Positions 8,892-17,754 are shown, counted from the first letter of the stretch. The stretch: 33,457 nt of DNA from Stramenopiles sp. TOSAG23-6 (GCA_900128565.1 LT635954.1:1-33457), one strand, 5' to 3'. Made by a program: numbers and translations. Notes: a model not told the origin generated them from the sequence alone.

Positions 8892-10364
8892 ATGGTTCCG
8901 GGGTTTTCAAATGCAATTAATATTTGCAACTCAATTCCGAAAATGACTCCTTCGATTGATGCCGAAAGGCAAGCAGTACTCGATGCCAAAGCAAAATTAC
9001 AACATGCTCAGCAGCAGCTGAAACTGGCCAAAGATCGTATGCAGCAACTAGAACCAGCATGGACGACTGGTTATACTTTTCACCACCTGATGGAGCTGGT
9101 CGATCCATACTCAGAGAGTTTTTGCTATGCACTGCAAGAAGCGCAAAAGTTGATGGATGAAAAAGGGAAAGCACATGCTATCCTTTCTTTAATAAAGCGA
9201 AATGAAGATGTACTTTTTTTCAGAGAAGTAATAAAAGAGTTAGTGAGGTTCAAAGATCCCGAAATAACCAAACCATTTTGGAATCACAAAGAAGAACCAT
9301 ACTTTACCGAACCATACTTTACCGTCGATTTCTTGCAGGAGCAGGCCAATATTTTGATCGCGGCGTTTCCCCACAGCCAAGCTCAGGGACTTGACAAAAT
9401 CGAAGCTCTCTCTCTCCAGAAGCATGGAAATGAAGAAATTTTTAAGCAGACAATTATTAAGATATTGGAAAGTTATTTTGAGGTGGGAGATGAGTACATC
9501 TTAAACAACGAATTGATAGAAGCGGCCATAGGGGCTTCGGAAAAACTAAGGACGACATGTCGATTGTATGGTTATGCAGAGTCGAAACTGCAGGACGCAG
9601 CTGATAGAGCAGCCGTTGCTGCAGCCAGAGCTGCCAGAGCTGCACCTGCCATTGATTTTACGATGGAGATTAGGTGGGCTAATATGGAAGGACCTATAGA
9701 AATATACCCATTTACCACTGCCGTTGATGCTGCACGTTTCATACACGCAGTGATTGAACGATATTGTGACACAAGTTTTGACCGTGATCGGCCGCCACTA
9801 GGACCACGAGGTAATTATGACTACTATACATGCATTTGTGGGGGGTATGGAACAGTTCGTCAAAAAAATCAAGCTGGTGGTGGTTGGAAGGAAATTAATG
9901 CAGCCTTTGAAGCACTAAAAGGCACATTAGATACACCAAAAGATAAACTGTTATTGCGTTTATGGTTAGAGCGATTAAAAGACGAGTCTTGGGAAAAGTG
10001 GGACAAGGAAAGACATCTCGAAGAAGTAGAAGAACAAGAACAGCAGGAGGCAGACGATGCACTGAAGGAGGTATGTAAAAGTGATAGTATTAGTACACTA
10101 CTGGCTGCAATCAAGATAGCTGAGGAGAAAGGTATCGTGAGTGAGTCATGTCTAGAAAGCGCTAACGAGTGCTTGGAGTACTTGCAAGAGCAGGAGGCAG
10201 ACGATGCACTGAAGGAGGTATGTAAAAGTGATAGTATTAGTACACTACTGGCTGCAATCAAGATAGCTGAGGAGAAAGGTATCGTGAGTGACTCATGTCT
10301 AGAAAGCGCTAACGAGTGCTTGGAGGACTTGCAGGAAGCGGAGCAAAATAAGAAAAACCATTGA
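8892..10364 (+). CDS. Hypothetical helical protein with 49-aa C-terminal tandem duplication (start uncertain: 8850/8892/8943)
   Basis: Long ORF with coiled-coil-like segments; no family recognised. Confidence 0.72.
   Translation: MVPGFSNAINICNSIPKMTPSIDAERQAVLDAKAKLQHAQQQLKLAKDRMQQLEPAWTTGYTFHHLMELVDPYSESFCYALQEAQKLMDEKGKAHAILSLIKRNEDVLFFREVIKELVRFKDPEITKPFWNHKEEPYFTEPYFTVDFLQEQANILIAAFPHSQAQGLDKIEALSLQKHGNEEIFKQTIIKILESYFEVGDEYILNNELIEAAIGASEKLRTTCRLYGYAESKLQDAADRAAVAAARAARAAPAIDFTMEIRWANMEGPIEIYPFTTAVDAARFIHAVIERYCDTSFDRDRPPLGPRGNYDYYTCICGGYGTVRQKNQAGGGWKEINAAFEALKGTLDTPKDKLLLRLWLERLKDESWEKWDKERHLEEVEEQEQQEADDALKEVCKSDSISTLLAAIKIAEEKGIVSESCLESANECLEYLQEQEADDALKEVCKSDSISTLLAAIKIAEEKGIVSDSCLESANECLEDLQEAEQNKKNH
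10042..10333 (+). repeat. 147-bp near-perfect coding tandem repeat (2 copies)
   Basis: gcaggaggcagacgatgcac at 10043 and 10190; encodes QEADDALKEVCKSDSISTLLAAIKIAEEKGIVS… twice. Confidence 0.93.
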
Positions 10365-10431
10365 AAATTGGAATCCCACCATATATTGAGGGGGAAACAT
10401 AACAGCACTGGCTAAATAAAAAAAATTCCAT

Positions 10432-11472
10432 TTATTTTTCCCATGCCTTTTTTGCAATATTTAATACTTCATCTTTAATATATCCATTGTCTTCTGCAGC
10501 ACATTCCGGCATTAGTCCTGAAGATGTTCCATTCATCTCTAATATAAATTCCTTCCCTGTTTCTTCACAGTGTATAGCATCAACTGTTACAATAGTAAGT
10601 CCACCAAAACATTTCGCAGCTTCATCCACCCATAATTTATATCTTTCATTCATTTCAATCTCTTCAATAACACTTGCTCCTACATTCGTCTTCCAGTTTC
10701 CAGAGACAGATCGACGCTGAAATACTCTATAATGACATTTGGAGTCATCCAGACCAATTCTTTGAATACGTAAATCAAACGCACCATTTATAAAAGGCTC
10801 TACAGTACAATATTGATTTGTTGTTGCCAGGATTGATTTTACATCATCAAATCGATTTTTATTTTCTATCTTGATTTTACCATAACCCGCTTGGCCATGA
10901 CCAATTTTGCAAACTACCGGGAAGTCCTCCCACCACATCATGTTACCATGATTTTCATAATACGATTGAGGAATTACTGGGAAGACATCCTCTCCCAATC
11001 TGCTTCGAATTGTTAGAAGAGACGCATGGCTGATAGGTCGCTCGCAAAACATAATAATTGATTCCCAACTATTTAGCGAAGGAACTTGCGAATACATGAA
11101 CCCATATAAAATTTTCCGCCAATCCGTACCTGCACCAACGCCTCTCACTTCGTTTCTTACGAGAACAAAATCGGGTTTAATAAGTTTACGCGAATCGAAG
11201 CGTGGACCATTCTTTGAGCGTACACGAATATGTACAAGCACAGAAGGTGATGCGCCTTTCTCACAGCTTGATGTTAGACTAATGTCAGACCAACCGCACT
11301 GTTCTATAATAATTTCATGATTTTTACCACTAACCATCAAAGTACGCGACGAAGCAAAAATTGCTATCCAATTTGTTTCACCACCATCGATTACAAGAAT
11401 CGTTTTTTTTGGTAAACACGGCGAAGGTGGATTCGAAGGTGCAGGTGACTTTGAGAGCATTCTTTTCAACAT
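10432..11472 (-). CDS. Synapsin-like ATP-grasp protein (synapsin C domain)
   Basis: ILVID, KPDFVLVR, PSLNS, FPVVCKIGHGQAGYGKIK, EPFI…DLRIQRIG, RRSVSGNWKTNVG and RYKLWVDE…FGGL all match the synapsin C domain. Confidence 0.9.
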   Translation of the reverse strand: MLKRMLSKSPAPSNPPSPCLPKKTILVIDGGETNWIAIFASSRTLMVSGKNHEIIIEQCGWSDISLTSSCEKGASPSVLVHIRVRSKNGPRFDSRKLIKPDFVLVRNEVRGVGAGTDWRKILYGFMYSQVPSLNSWESIIMFCERPISHASLLTIRSRLGEDVFPVIPQSYYENHGNMMWWEDFPVVCKIGHGQAGYGKIKIENKNRFDDVKSILATTNQYCTVEPFINGAFDLRIQRIGLDDSKCHYRVFQRRSVSGNWKTNVGASVIEEIEMNERYKLWVDEAAKCFGGLTIVTVDAIHCEETGKEFILEMNGTSSGLMPECAAEDNGYIKDEVLNIAKKAWEK

Positions 11473-11769
11473 TTGTAGGTGAACGAAGAAGGTTGGTGAA
11501 GGACTCCGGCTCGACCTTCAAAATATTTTTCGTTGACTTCAAGCGAGTCTCACACAACAATATAAATAGTGAGTTAGTAACTGTTGTCCTATTCGCGACT
11601 GACGCGCTGTCATTTTTTGACTCATTTTTTTTTTTGACTCATTTTGATTCCGAAAGTCAAAAAAGAGGAGCGAGCTTCGTATCTACGACAACAACAATCA
11701 TAATGGATAAATGAATTTAAATCACTGGAGATACGACGCCAGGAGTTTATTTCTTGGGGTATAGGTAAT

Positions 11770-14020
11770 ATGATTGATACATCGAAGTTTTCAGTGCAAC
11801 AACTGAAGAACCAGTTGAAAAAGTATAATCTTGAGGTGGACGATACAACAGATGTAGAAGAAACTTTGGTTCGCGACTCCTTAGAACGTAAACTTCAAGA
11901 AGTACTCACACGCAGTGCAGAACCATACAAGTGGTTTACGTGTCAAGCTTTAGGAGATTTCCGACCTACTCTTCGCGAAACCGTAGGTGCGTGTGTACAT
12001 AAGGATACCTTGTACGTTTTTGGAGGATACTCAAATGGAAGGCGTCTGAATACTTTAGAAATGTATAATTTCAAAGAGAGAAAATGGAAAAAAGTAAAAT
12101 CCAAAGGAACACCACCAAAAGAACGTAGTTGGGTTTCTACTGTAGTGTATAAAGATGAGTGTATTATTGCCTTTGGAGGTCTTGGTGAAAACAGTTGTTT
12201 TTCAGATGTTCACAAATTTACTTTTGCCAACCAAACCTGGACTGAAGTGACATGTACGTTTTCATCATTCCTTTTCAATTTATTTTTTTATACCAAATTT
12301 CGTACCTAACGAATTTCAAATTGTTGAAATTGTTTTTTACAATGCATGTACAGGTTGTGTACCCGAAGAAAGGTCAAAAGTTGATGCATGTATTGTTGGT
12401 GATATATTATATATCTACGGGGGTAAGAATTGGGATGAAATTGCATTAACGGACCTTTATCAACTTGATCTCTCGGCAACTCCTGAACCAATTTGGACAA
12501 AATTGGAACTGTTGGGAAACGGTCCGAATCGAGCAATAAATAACGTTGATGGACTAATCCATCAAATGTTTTATAATGGACATCTTGTTGTTTTCTGGAA
12601 TGGTGTCATTTTTTTTCTACATCTAGAAACCAAAACTTGGCGTCGAAAAATAACGTTTGGAAAGTCACCAAAGTGTATGTTCTATTTTTTTTCAATTTTG
12701 ATTTTTTTTCATACGAAATGTTGTACTTAACGATTTTTTTTTGAAATACTTTTCTAAAATACATGTAAAAGCAGACCAAATGGTACAGGAATTGTGCTAC
12801 ACAACAACAATTTATTAGTATTTCAGTCAGGTGAAACAAATCTAGATACTCAGTCTGAACCACCATACGCGATATTTTCAGTAGTTAATGTTCTAAATAC
12901 GTTTTCATCATTCACTTCATTTTTATTTTTGTAAAGAAACATTTTGTACCTAACAAATGTTTGTACTTGAAATATTTTTTCACAGCATCTATTTAAAAAC
13001 ATTTGAATGGAAAACAGTGAAAACTTCCAGGTATCCTACATCTAGGCTTGGTGCTTCTTGTGTTGTGTATAATGATTGCCTATATTGTTTTGGTGGTTCT
13101 GTTCGTTGTCCTGATACAAACTGGGAAAAGAATCATCATGTACATTTTCAAAATTAAATATAAAAGTTACTTTTTTTGTACCAAAACTTGTACCTAACAT
13201 TTTTTTTGAAGCAAAAAACAATTCTTTCACAATACATGTTGCTACCGATAGCATAGGTGGTTATGCTTATTTAGGTGATTTAAATGGAATGACGCTCGAA
13301 AAGTCAGATTTATCTACACCATATTCGAAATTTGTTCATAATAGGGAATACTGTGACGCTATATTTATTTGTCAAACCCAAAGGTTTTACACGCACAAAA
13401 TAGTTCTTGCGTCTCACAGTGAATATTTTAAAGGATTATTTTCTTTCCCGAGAACTTGGAAATACGATCTTAAGCAGAATTTTGATGGGCAATGTGACAG
13501 TGATGTGGGTAAAGATGTGTACGATGTCAGCGAAGTAACTCCCGAGACGTTTCTTGCTATACTGCAACATTGTTATGATTGCCTTGATTTTGAAGAAACA
13601 GAAATTGATGCCTTGGAACTATTAGAATTTGCGGACAAATATATGTTGTCATCTTTGAAAGATACATGTATTTCACTAATTGCACAAAATTTAGACTGTG
13701 ATAACGTACTTGCAGTATTAACATTGACACAAGGGCGAAATATGAGAGGATTAGCATTGTTGTGCACAAGTTACATCTCCAAACATTTTCAAGATGTTGT
13801 ATCAACACCTGCATTTATAGATTTATGCCAAACGCAACCTCATTTAGTGCAAAACTTATGCAAATATAACACAGCGACAACACTACGGGACAAACGAAAA
13901 GCTCTACTGTCGACAGATATAGATGTAGATATAATTAACTTTAGCCCGGATAAAAATAATAAATTGATTGAAGTATCTGAAAGTTCTCAAAATAAAATGA
14001 AAAAGAGGCGCGCCACATAA
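11770..14020 (+). CDS. Kelch-repeat + BTB/POZ(-BACK) protein (LZTR1-like order) with possible N-terminal SAP-like motif; exons 11770..12253, 12348..12674, 12765..12896, 12991..13139, 13238..14020 (~624 aa)
   Basis: Kelch motifs LYVFGG, IIAFGG, LYIYGG, LYCFGG and GxxPxxR; BTB motifs HKIVLASHSEYFKGLF and ELLEFADKYML. The exons join in frame after removal of four family introns. Confidence 0.88.
12254..12347 (+). other. Non-canonical intron GT…AT (94 nt)
   Basis: gtacgt…gtacctaac(12302-12310)…aatgcat. Gives EVTCTGCVPEER, keeping the kelch GxxPxxR. CATGTAC is repeated at both junctions. An in-frame CAG at 12353 is an alternative. Confidence 0.78.
12675..12764 (+). other. Non-canonical intron GT…AT (90 nt)
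   Basis: gtatgt…gtacttaac(12723-12731)…aaatacat; contains an in-frame TAA. The AGs at 12771 and 12774 are out of frame with this donor. Confidence 0.78.
12897..12990 (+). other. Family intron (~94 nt), best read AT…CT; alternatives 12901..12988 GT…AT or 12901..12985 GT…AG
   Basis: atacgttttcatcattc matches the donor gtacgttttcatcattc of 12254; gtacctaac at 12946-12954. The 12897..12990 splice gives kelch-like VLNLKTFEWK. Confidence 0.62.
13140..13237 (+). other. Non-canonical intron GT…AT (98 nt)
   Basis: gtacat…gtacctaac(13190-13198)…caatacat; phase-0 join to the BTB frame. The downstream AGs (13251, 13256, 13274) are all out of phase. Confidence 0.82.
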
Positions 14021-14109
14021 CTCTCAAATGTTTTGAAGTTTTCATTTTAATTACCACAGTCAGTATATAAAGTACAATAAATATTTCACTGAAAATTTGC
14101 TTTTATAAA

Positions 14110-16863
14110 TTATGTAGAATTTGGATTAATTGTGCCTAAATTACATTTTTGCCGAGGATTACATCGACTAGAACAAGCTGATGTCTTCAATCCTTGTGTG
14201 TTACCATAGACACCTTGAGGACATGGAATCGGAACTGTTGTTTCTTCAGGGCAATAATGACCCATAGGGCATAGTCCTGAACATTTAGATGTAGATAAAC
14301 CCTCAATACTACCATATGTACCAGGTGGGCATGTATATTTAATCCCTCCTGTACAATAATTCCCTTTCACACAAATGTTTTGCATAACACGATTAGCTAT
14401 ATTTGCCTGAGAAGGCGAACCACTCAAGGGGAAAGTATAATAACCTTCACTAGCTTTCTGTGGTGACCCTGATCCTTTGGGGCAGTACACATTTGCGCTT
14501 CCACATGAGTTTTCTGTTGGACTCGTTGAGCCCCGTCCACACCAATAGCCTGGGTCACACTTTCCAGAGCAACGAGAACTTGCAACACCACTTGAACTAA
14601 ATAGACCAAGAGGACACGGATGTTGCTTTCCATTTTTGGTACCAGGAGGACAAAAATACCCAGCAGGGCAGATTCCAGAACATTGTTTAGTAGAAAGACC
14701 CTCACTTGAACCAAAATATCCCGCCGAACACAATTGTTTTACCCCTGTATTACACCAGTATCCCATGGGGCAAATACGCTGGGCATGTCTTGTTATAGGT
14801 GTCCCACCAACCGTATAATAACCTGGTTGGGAATTATTTGGGGACTCTGAACCTGCCGGGCAATAAAATGATACATGTCCACAAGCTTTTGCATCACTTG
14901 CAGTTGCAGTTGCAGAATTACAATAATGACCTACAGGACAGATCGAACTCTCACAATATCCAGAATTACACTTTGATCCATTACATTCTTCAAGAGATCC
15001 AAGTCCATCACCAGATGCATCATGTATTGTAGATCCAATGGTACCAGCCGGACATGCATTTGCTGTTGGATTAATGGTACCAGCTGGACAATAGTATCCA
15101 CTTGGACAACGATCACTACATGTGTCTTGCGCTAAACCTTCTTCCAATCCATAAACACCTTTGGGACATAAACTTGGTTTAACAGTTCCGCCACTACACC
15201 ATGACCCCGCAGGGCATAATGTTTTGCATGGAGAACTAAGTTGTTCTACATCAGAAAACGTACCAGGAGCACAGTCTATTTTAATACCATCTATACAGTA
15301 CGTACCTTTTGGACAAATTAATTGATGAGTTCTTCCAGAGCCATCATCAGAGCCTCCAAGAGTATAGTATCCTGCATCTACTAGTATTGGTGATGCCGAT
15401 CCTTTAGGACAGTATTCTTTAGCATTGCGACATTTTGTGGCTGATGGTGTTGGAGACACATTGTCTTGGTCGTCACTACAGTAGTAGCCGTCAAGACACT
15501 CTCCACTACACAATTCACTTGTTAAACCCAGAGTATCCCCATAAAACCCAACTGGACATTTTATCTGTTTAGAATTCGTTGATTTTGAAGGACAATAATA
15601 ACCCTTATCACACAAACCTGTGCATAAAGGCGATCGTAAGGACGTTGAACTTCCATATCTTCCAGGTGGACATGGATATTTCGCATGACCATCTGGACAA
15701 TAATATCCTTTGGGACAAGGTAATGGTGATATTGTACCCGCAGGACAATACGTACCTGCTTCACAGACACCTGAGCACAAGTCATCTTTTAATTCAGTTG
15801 ATATACCATATGTACCTTCTGGACATTTCCGTCTAATTCCCTTTAAAGGGATTTGTGTTTGATGTTTTCCATCTGAAGACACTTTAGTACCTGGTCCAAT
15901 GCAAAAGTAACCTGGCTCACATGGACGTTGTTCAGAGCGTAGTCTAGTATCGGCTCCATTAGATATAAAAAGAGACAACTCTGACAATACTAAATATGAC
16001 CCCTCACCCACAGATTCTGGTCTTCCAACGACACTATCTACAATGAATCTGTACGATGTATACTTTGATAGGTTTCCAGATGGAATATGAAATTGTCGTG
16101 TTTCTCCACACGACCACCCTGTTTCATTAATTACAGTGTGAAGAGTCTTCCATAAAATATCTTCGCTGTTCTGATTAGGAAAATATTTATCTTGACTTAC
16201 GTTTGATGCAGCAGCACCTTCCAACCGCCAAGACTTTGGAGCATCCCATGCACAAGCGTCCGGGTGTTTTTCAGAAAGATGCGATGCTACAGATATACTG
16301 TAACTACAAACAATTGGATCATTACCATATGGTAACGTTGGGTTTGCTGCATGAAAATCAAAAGATAGCCACTGAGGCATGCCTTCATCGGAGTGAAATA
16401 TTTTTTGAGCTTCATTCGTAGTTGTGATATTATCTACTAGCGTAGACACTTCAAATCCATCTAGTAAAGATGATGCATTTTGTATCACACCAGTGTATGT
16501 AGCCACATTAAGATCACAACTACAATCTGGCCAAGTGTAGTGACCTGGACTAACGAGGTTTCGACGTCCTTTTGAGCAGTAAAAACGAGCCGAGGATGAA
16601 CTGAGTGATTCACTACTGCAATATTGTTGCTTTGGACTTGTTGAACCTGGTGGACAGAAATATCCCTCATCACAAACACCCGAACATTCTTTATCTTTAT
16701 TAGTCAAAACATCACCGTACCGCCCCTCTGGGCAAAGTGCACAACCTTGAGCATCTTCTGTGACGTATGTTCCAAGTGGGCAAGAATTGATAGCAGATAC
16801 TACAAAAAGTGCATTTGCAATATTCAACACCACTACCCACGCATTCATGGTCTTTACTAACAT
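14110..16863 (-). CDS. Secreted Cys-rich repeat protein (GCC2/GCC3 / ephrin-receptor-like CPxGxYC repeats) with an inserted putative beta-sandwich (F5/8-like) domain
   Basis: Signal-like N-terminus; many CPxG[TY]YG…CSGxCxxGYYCPxG repeats; insert contains PQWLSFDF…YSI…APKSWRLEG…YRFIV…LSELSL. Confidence 0.85.
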   Translation of the reverse strand: MLVKTMNAWVVVLNIANALFVVSAINSCPLGTYVTEDAQGCALCPEGRYGDVLTNKDKECSGVCDEGYFCPPGSTSPKQQYCSSESLSSSSARFYCSKGRRNLVSPGHYTWPDCSCDLNVATYTGVIQNASSLLDGFEVSTLVDNITTTNEAQKIFHSDEGMPQWLSFDFHAANPTLPYGNDPIVCSYSISVASHLSEKHPDACAWDAPKSWRLEGAAASNVSQDKYFPNQNSEDILWKTLHTVINETGWSCGETRQFHIPSGNLSKYTSYRFIVDSVVGRPESVGEGSYLVLSELSLFISNGADTRLRSEQRPCEPGYFCIGPGTKVSSDGKHQTQIPLKGIRRKCPEGTYGISTELKDDLCSGVCEAGTYCPAGTISPLPCPKGYYCPDGHAKYPCPPGRYGSSTSLRSPLCTGLCDKGYYCPSKSTNSKQIKCPVGFYGDTLGLTSELCSGECLDGYYCSDDQDNVSPTPSATKCRNAKEYCPKGSASPILVDAGYYTLGGSDDGSGRTHQLICPKGTYCIDGIKIDCAPGTFSDVEQLSSPCKTLCPAGSWCSGGTVKPSLCPKGVYGLEEGLAQDTCSDRCPSGYYCPAGTINPTANACPAGTIGSTIHDASGDGLGSLEECNGSKCNSGYCESSICPVGHYCNSATATASDAKACGHVSFYCPAGSESPNNSQPGYYTVGGTPITRHAQRICPMGYWCNTGVKQLCSAGYFGSSEGLSTKQCSGICPAGYFCPPGTKNGKQHPCPLGLFSSSGVASSRCSGKCDPGYWCGRGSTSPTENSCGSANVYCPKGSGSPQKASEGYYTFPLSGSPSQANIANRVMQNICVKGNYCTGGIKYTCPPGTYGSIEGLSTSKCSGLCPMGHYCPEETTVPIPCPQGVYGNTQGLKTSACSSRCNPRQKCNLGTINPNST

Positions 16864-16871
16864 GAAACTGT

Positions 16872-16977
16872 TTATACTAGCTAAATATACTGATTTATAT
16901 TAGCTAAATATACTGATTTATATTAGCTAAATATACTGATTTGTATTAGTTAAATATACTGATTTGTATTAGTTAAA
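16872..16977. repeat. 23-bp tandem repeat, ~4.5 copies
   Basis: tag[c/t]taaatatactgattt[a/g]tat starting at 16878, 16901, 16924, 16947 and 16970 (last copy partial). Confidence 0.93.
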
Positions 16978-17181
16978 GATTTCCGTTGAGGTAGTACTGT
17001 TGTTTGTTGACTACTAGGAGAATAGAACGGACGTTTCATCAATAAAAAAAGAAAAATCATCGAAAACACAAATTTTTCGTGCTCTTTTTTNCTTCGAAAA
17101 CTATGCTACAACGTACTATTTACGACTATTTAACTATATACTATTTTATATATAGTAAACGATACTATATATACAATAATT

Positions 17182-17259
17182 TTTACAGCCATTATTAGGG
17201 CCAAAGTAGCGAAGCGTGACTTTACAGCCATCATTAGGGTATAAATAGCGAAGCGTGAC
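17182..17259. repeat. 39-bp tandem repeat, 2 copies
   Basis: tttacagccat[t/c]attaggg…tagcgaagcgtgac at 17182 and 17221. Confidence 0.88.
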
Positions 17260-17321
17260 ATTGTGGATGGGAGGGGTAGTATGGTGGAGCTAGTTATTGT
17301 ATATATCTCGTATATAGTGTC

Positions 17322-17342
17322 GTTAGGGTTAGGGTTAGGGTT
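17322..17342 (+). repeat. Interstitial telomere-like repeat (TTAGGG)3
   Basis: gttagggttagggttagggtt. Confidence 0.75.
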
Positions 17343-17754
17343 GCAAATAGAAGAAGAAGAGATAACACCAAGGAGTCCTCTCTGATGCATCGAAAGTAAT
17401 AGATCTTACTGTCTATATTATGACAAAGAAGGGCATGGAACAGAGTTTGATAGATGCACTTATATTTCAAATTATTTGCTTTGTGATTAATTGATTAATG
17501 ATTTTCATATAAAGTTAATTTGAAAGACATATTTTTGAAATTTTTTATTTTCTCGTTGAAGAAATCTAGGAAAGAATTTTAAAATTTGTGGCAATCTCGT
17601 ACAATTATTGAATATTCTCGGCCAAAAACTGAATACAAAATCTTTTTTTTAGTCTTTTCGTTTGAAATATTGTTGACTACTGGTACTTGACGGGCGTTTC
17701 ATATAAAATAAACAAAAAACAAATCAGGCATTTCACATCATGTATAAATTATAA

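Larger units (their letters stand above)
1..13202 (+). repeat. Left arm of ~13.2 kb inverted repeat
   Basis: Position x matches the complement of 33458-x at every place checked, and the ORF track is mirrored. Identity ends at 13202/20256 (…gtacctaacattt|t vs …gtacctaacattt|c). Confidence 0.97.

Noticed and set aside
9869-10408. Antisense or overlapping ORFs (e.g. 9869..10408, 1370..1729, 2627..2956, 11361..11714, 17775..18197)
   Set aside because: Shadows of real genes or repeats on the other strand or frame, with no independent motifs.
200-13237. Standard U12 (minor spliceosome) introns
   Set aside because: Donors lack RTATCCTT, the branch motif is TACCTAAC rather than TCCTTAAC, and it lies further from the 3' end than is typical for U12.
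200-13237. Frameshifts, stop-codon reassignment or sequencing errors as the cause of the broken ORFs
   Set aside because: Each break coincides with a ~95-nt poly-T-rich insert bearing the same motif. Long intronless genes read normally with the standard code.
16872-16977. CRISPR array
   Set aside because: Head-to-tail repeats without unique spacers, no cas genes, eukaryotic context.
17130-17390. 86-aa ORF containing NPNPNPN
   Set aside because: Translation of the TTAGGG and 39-bp repeats.
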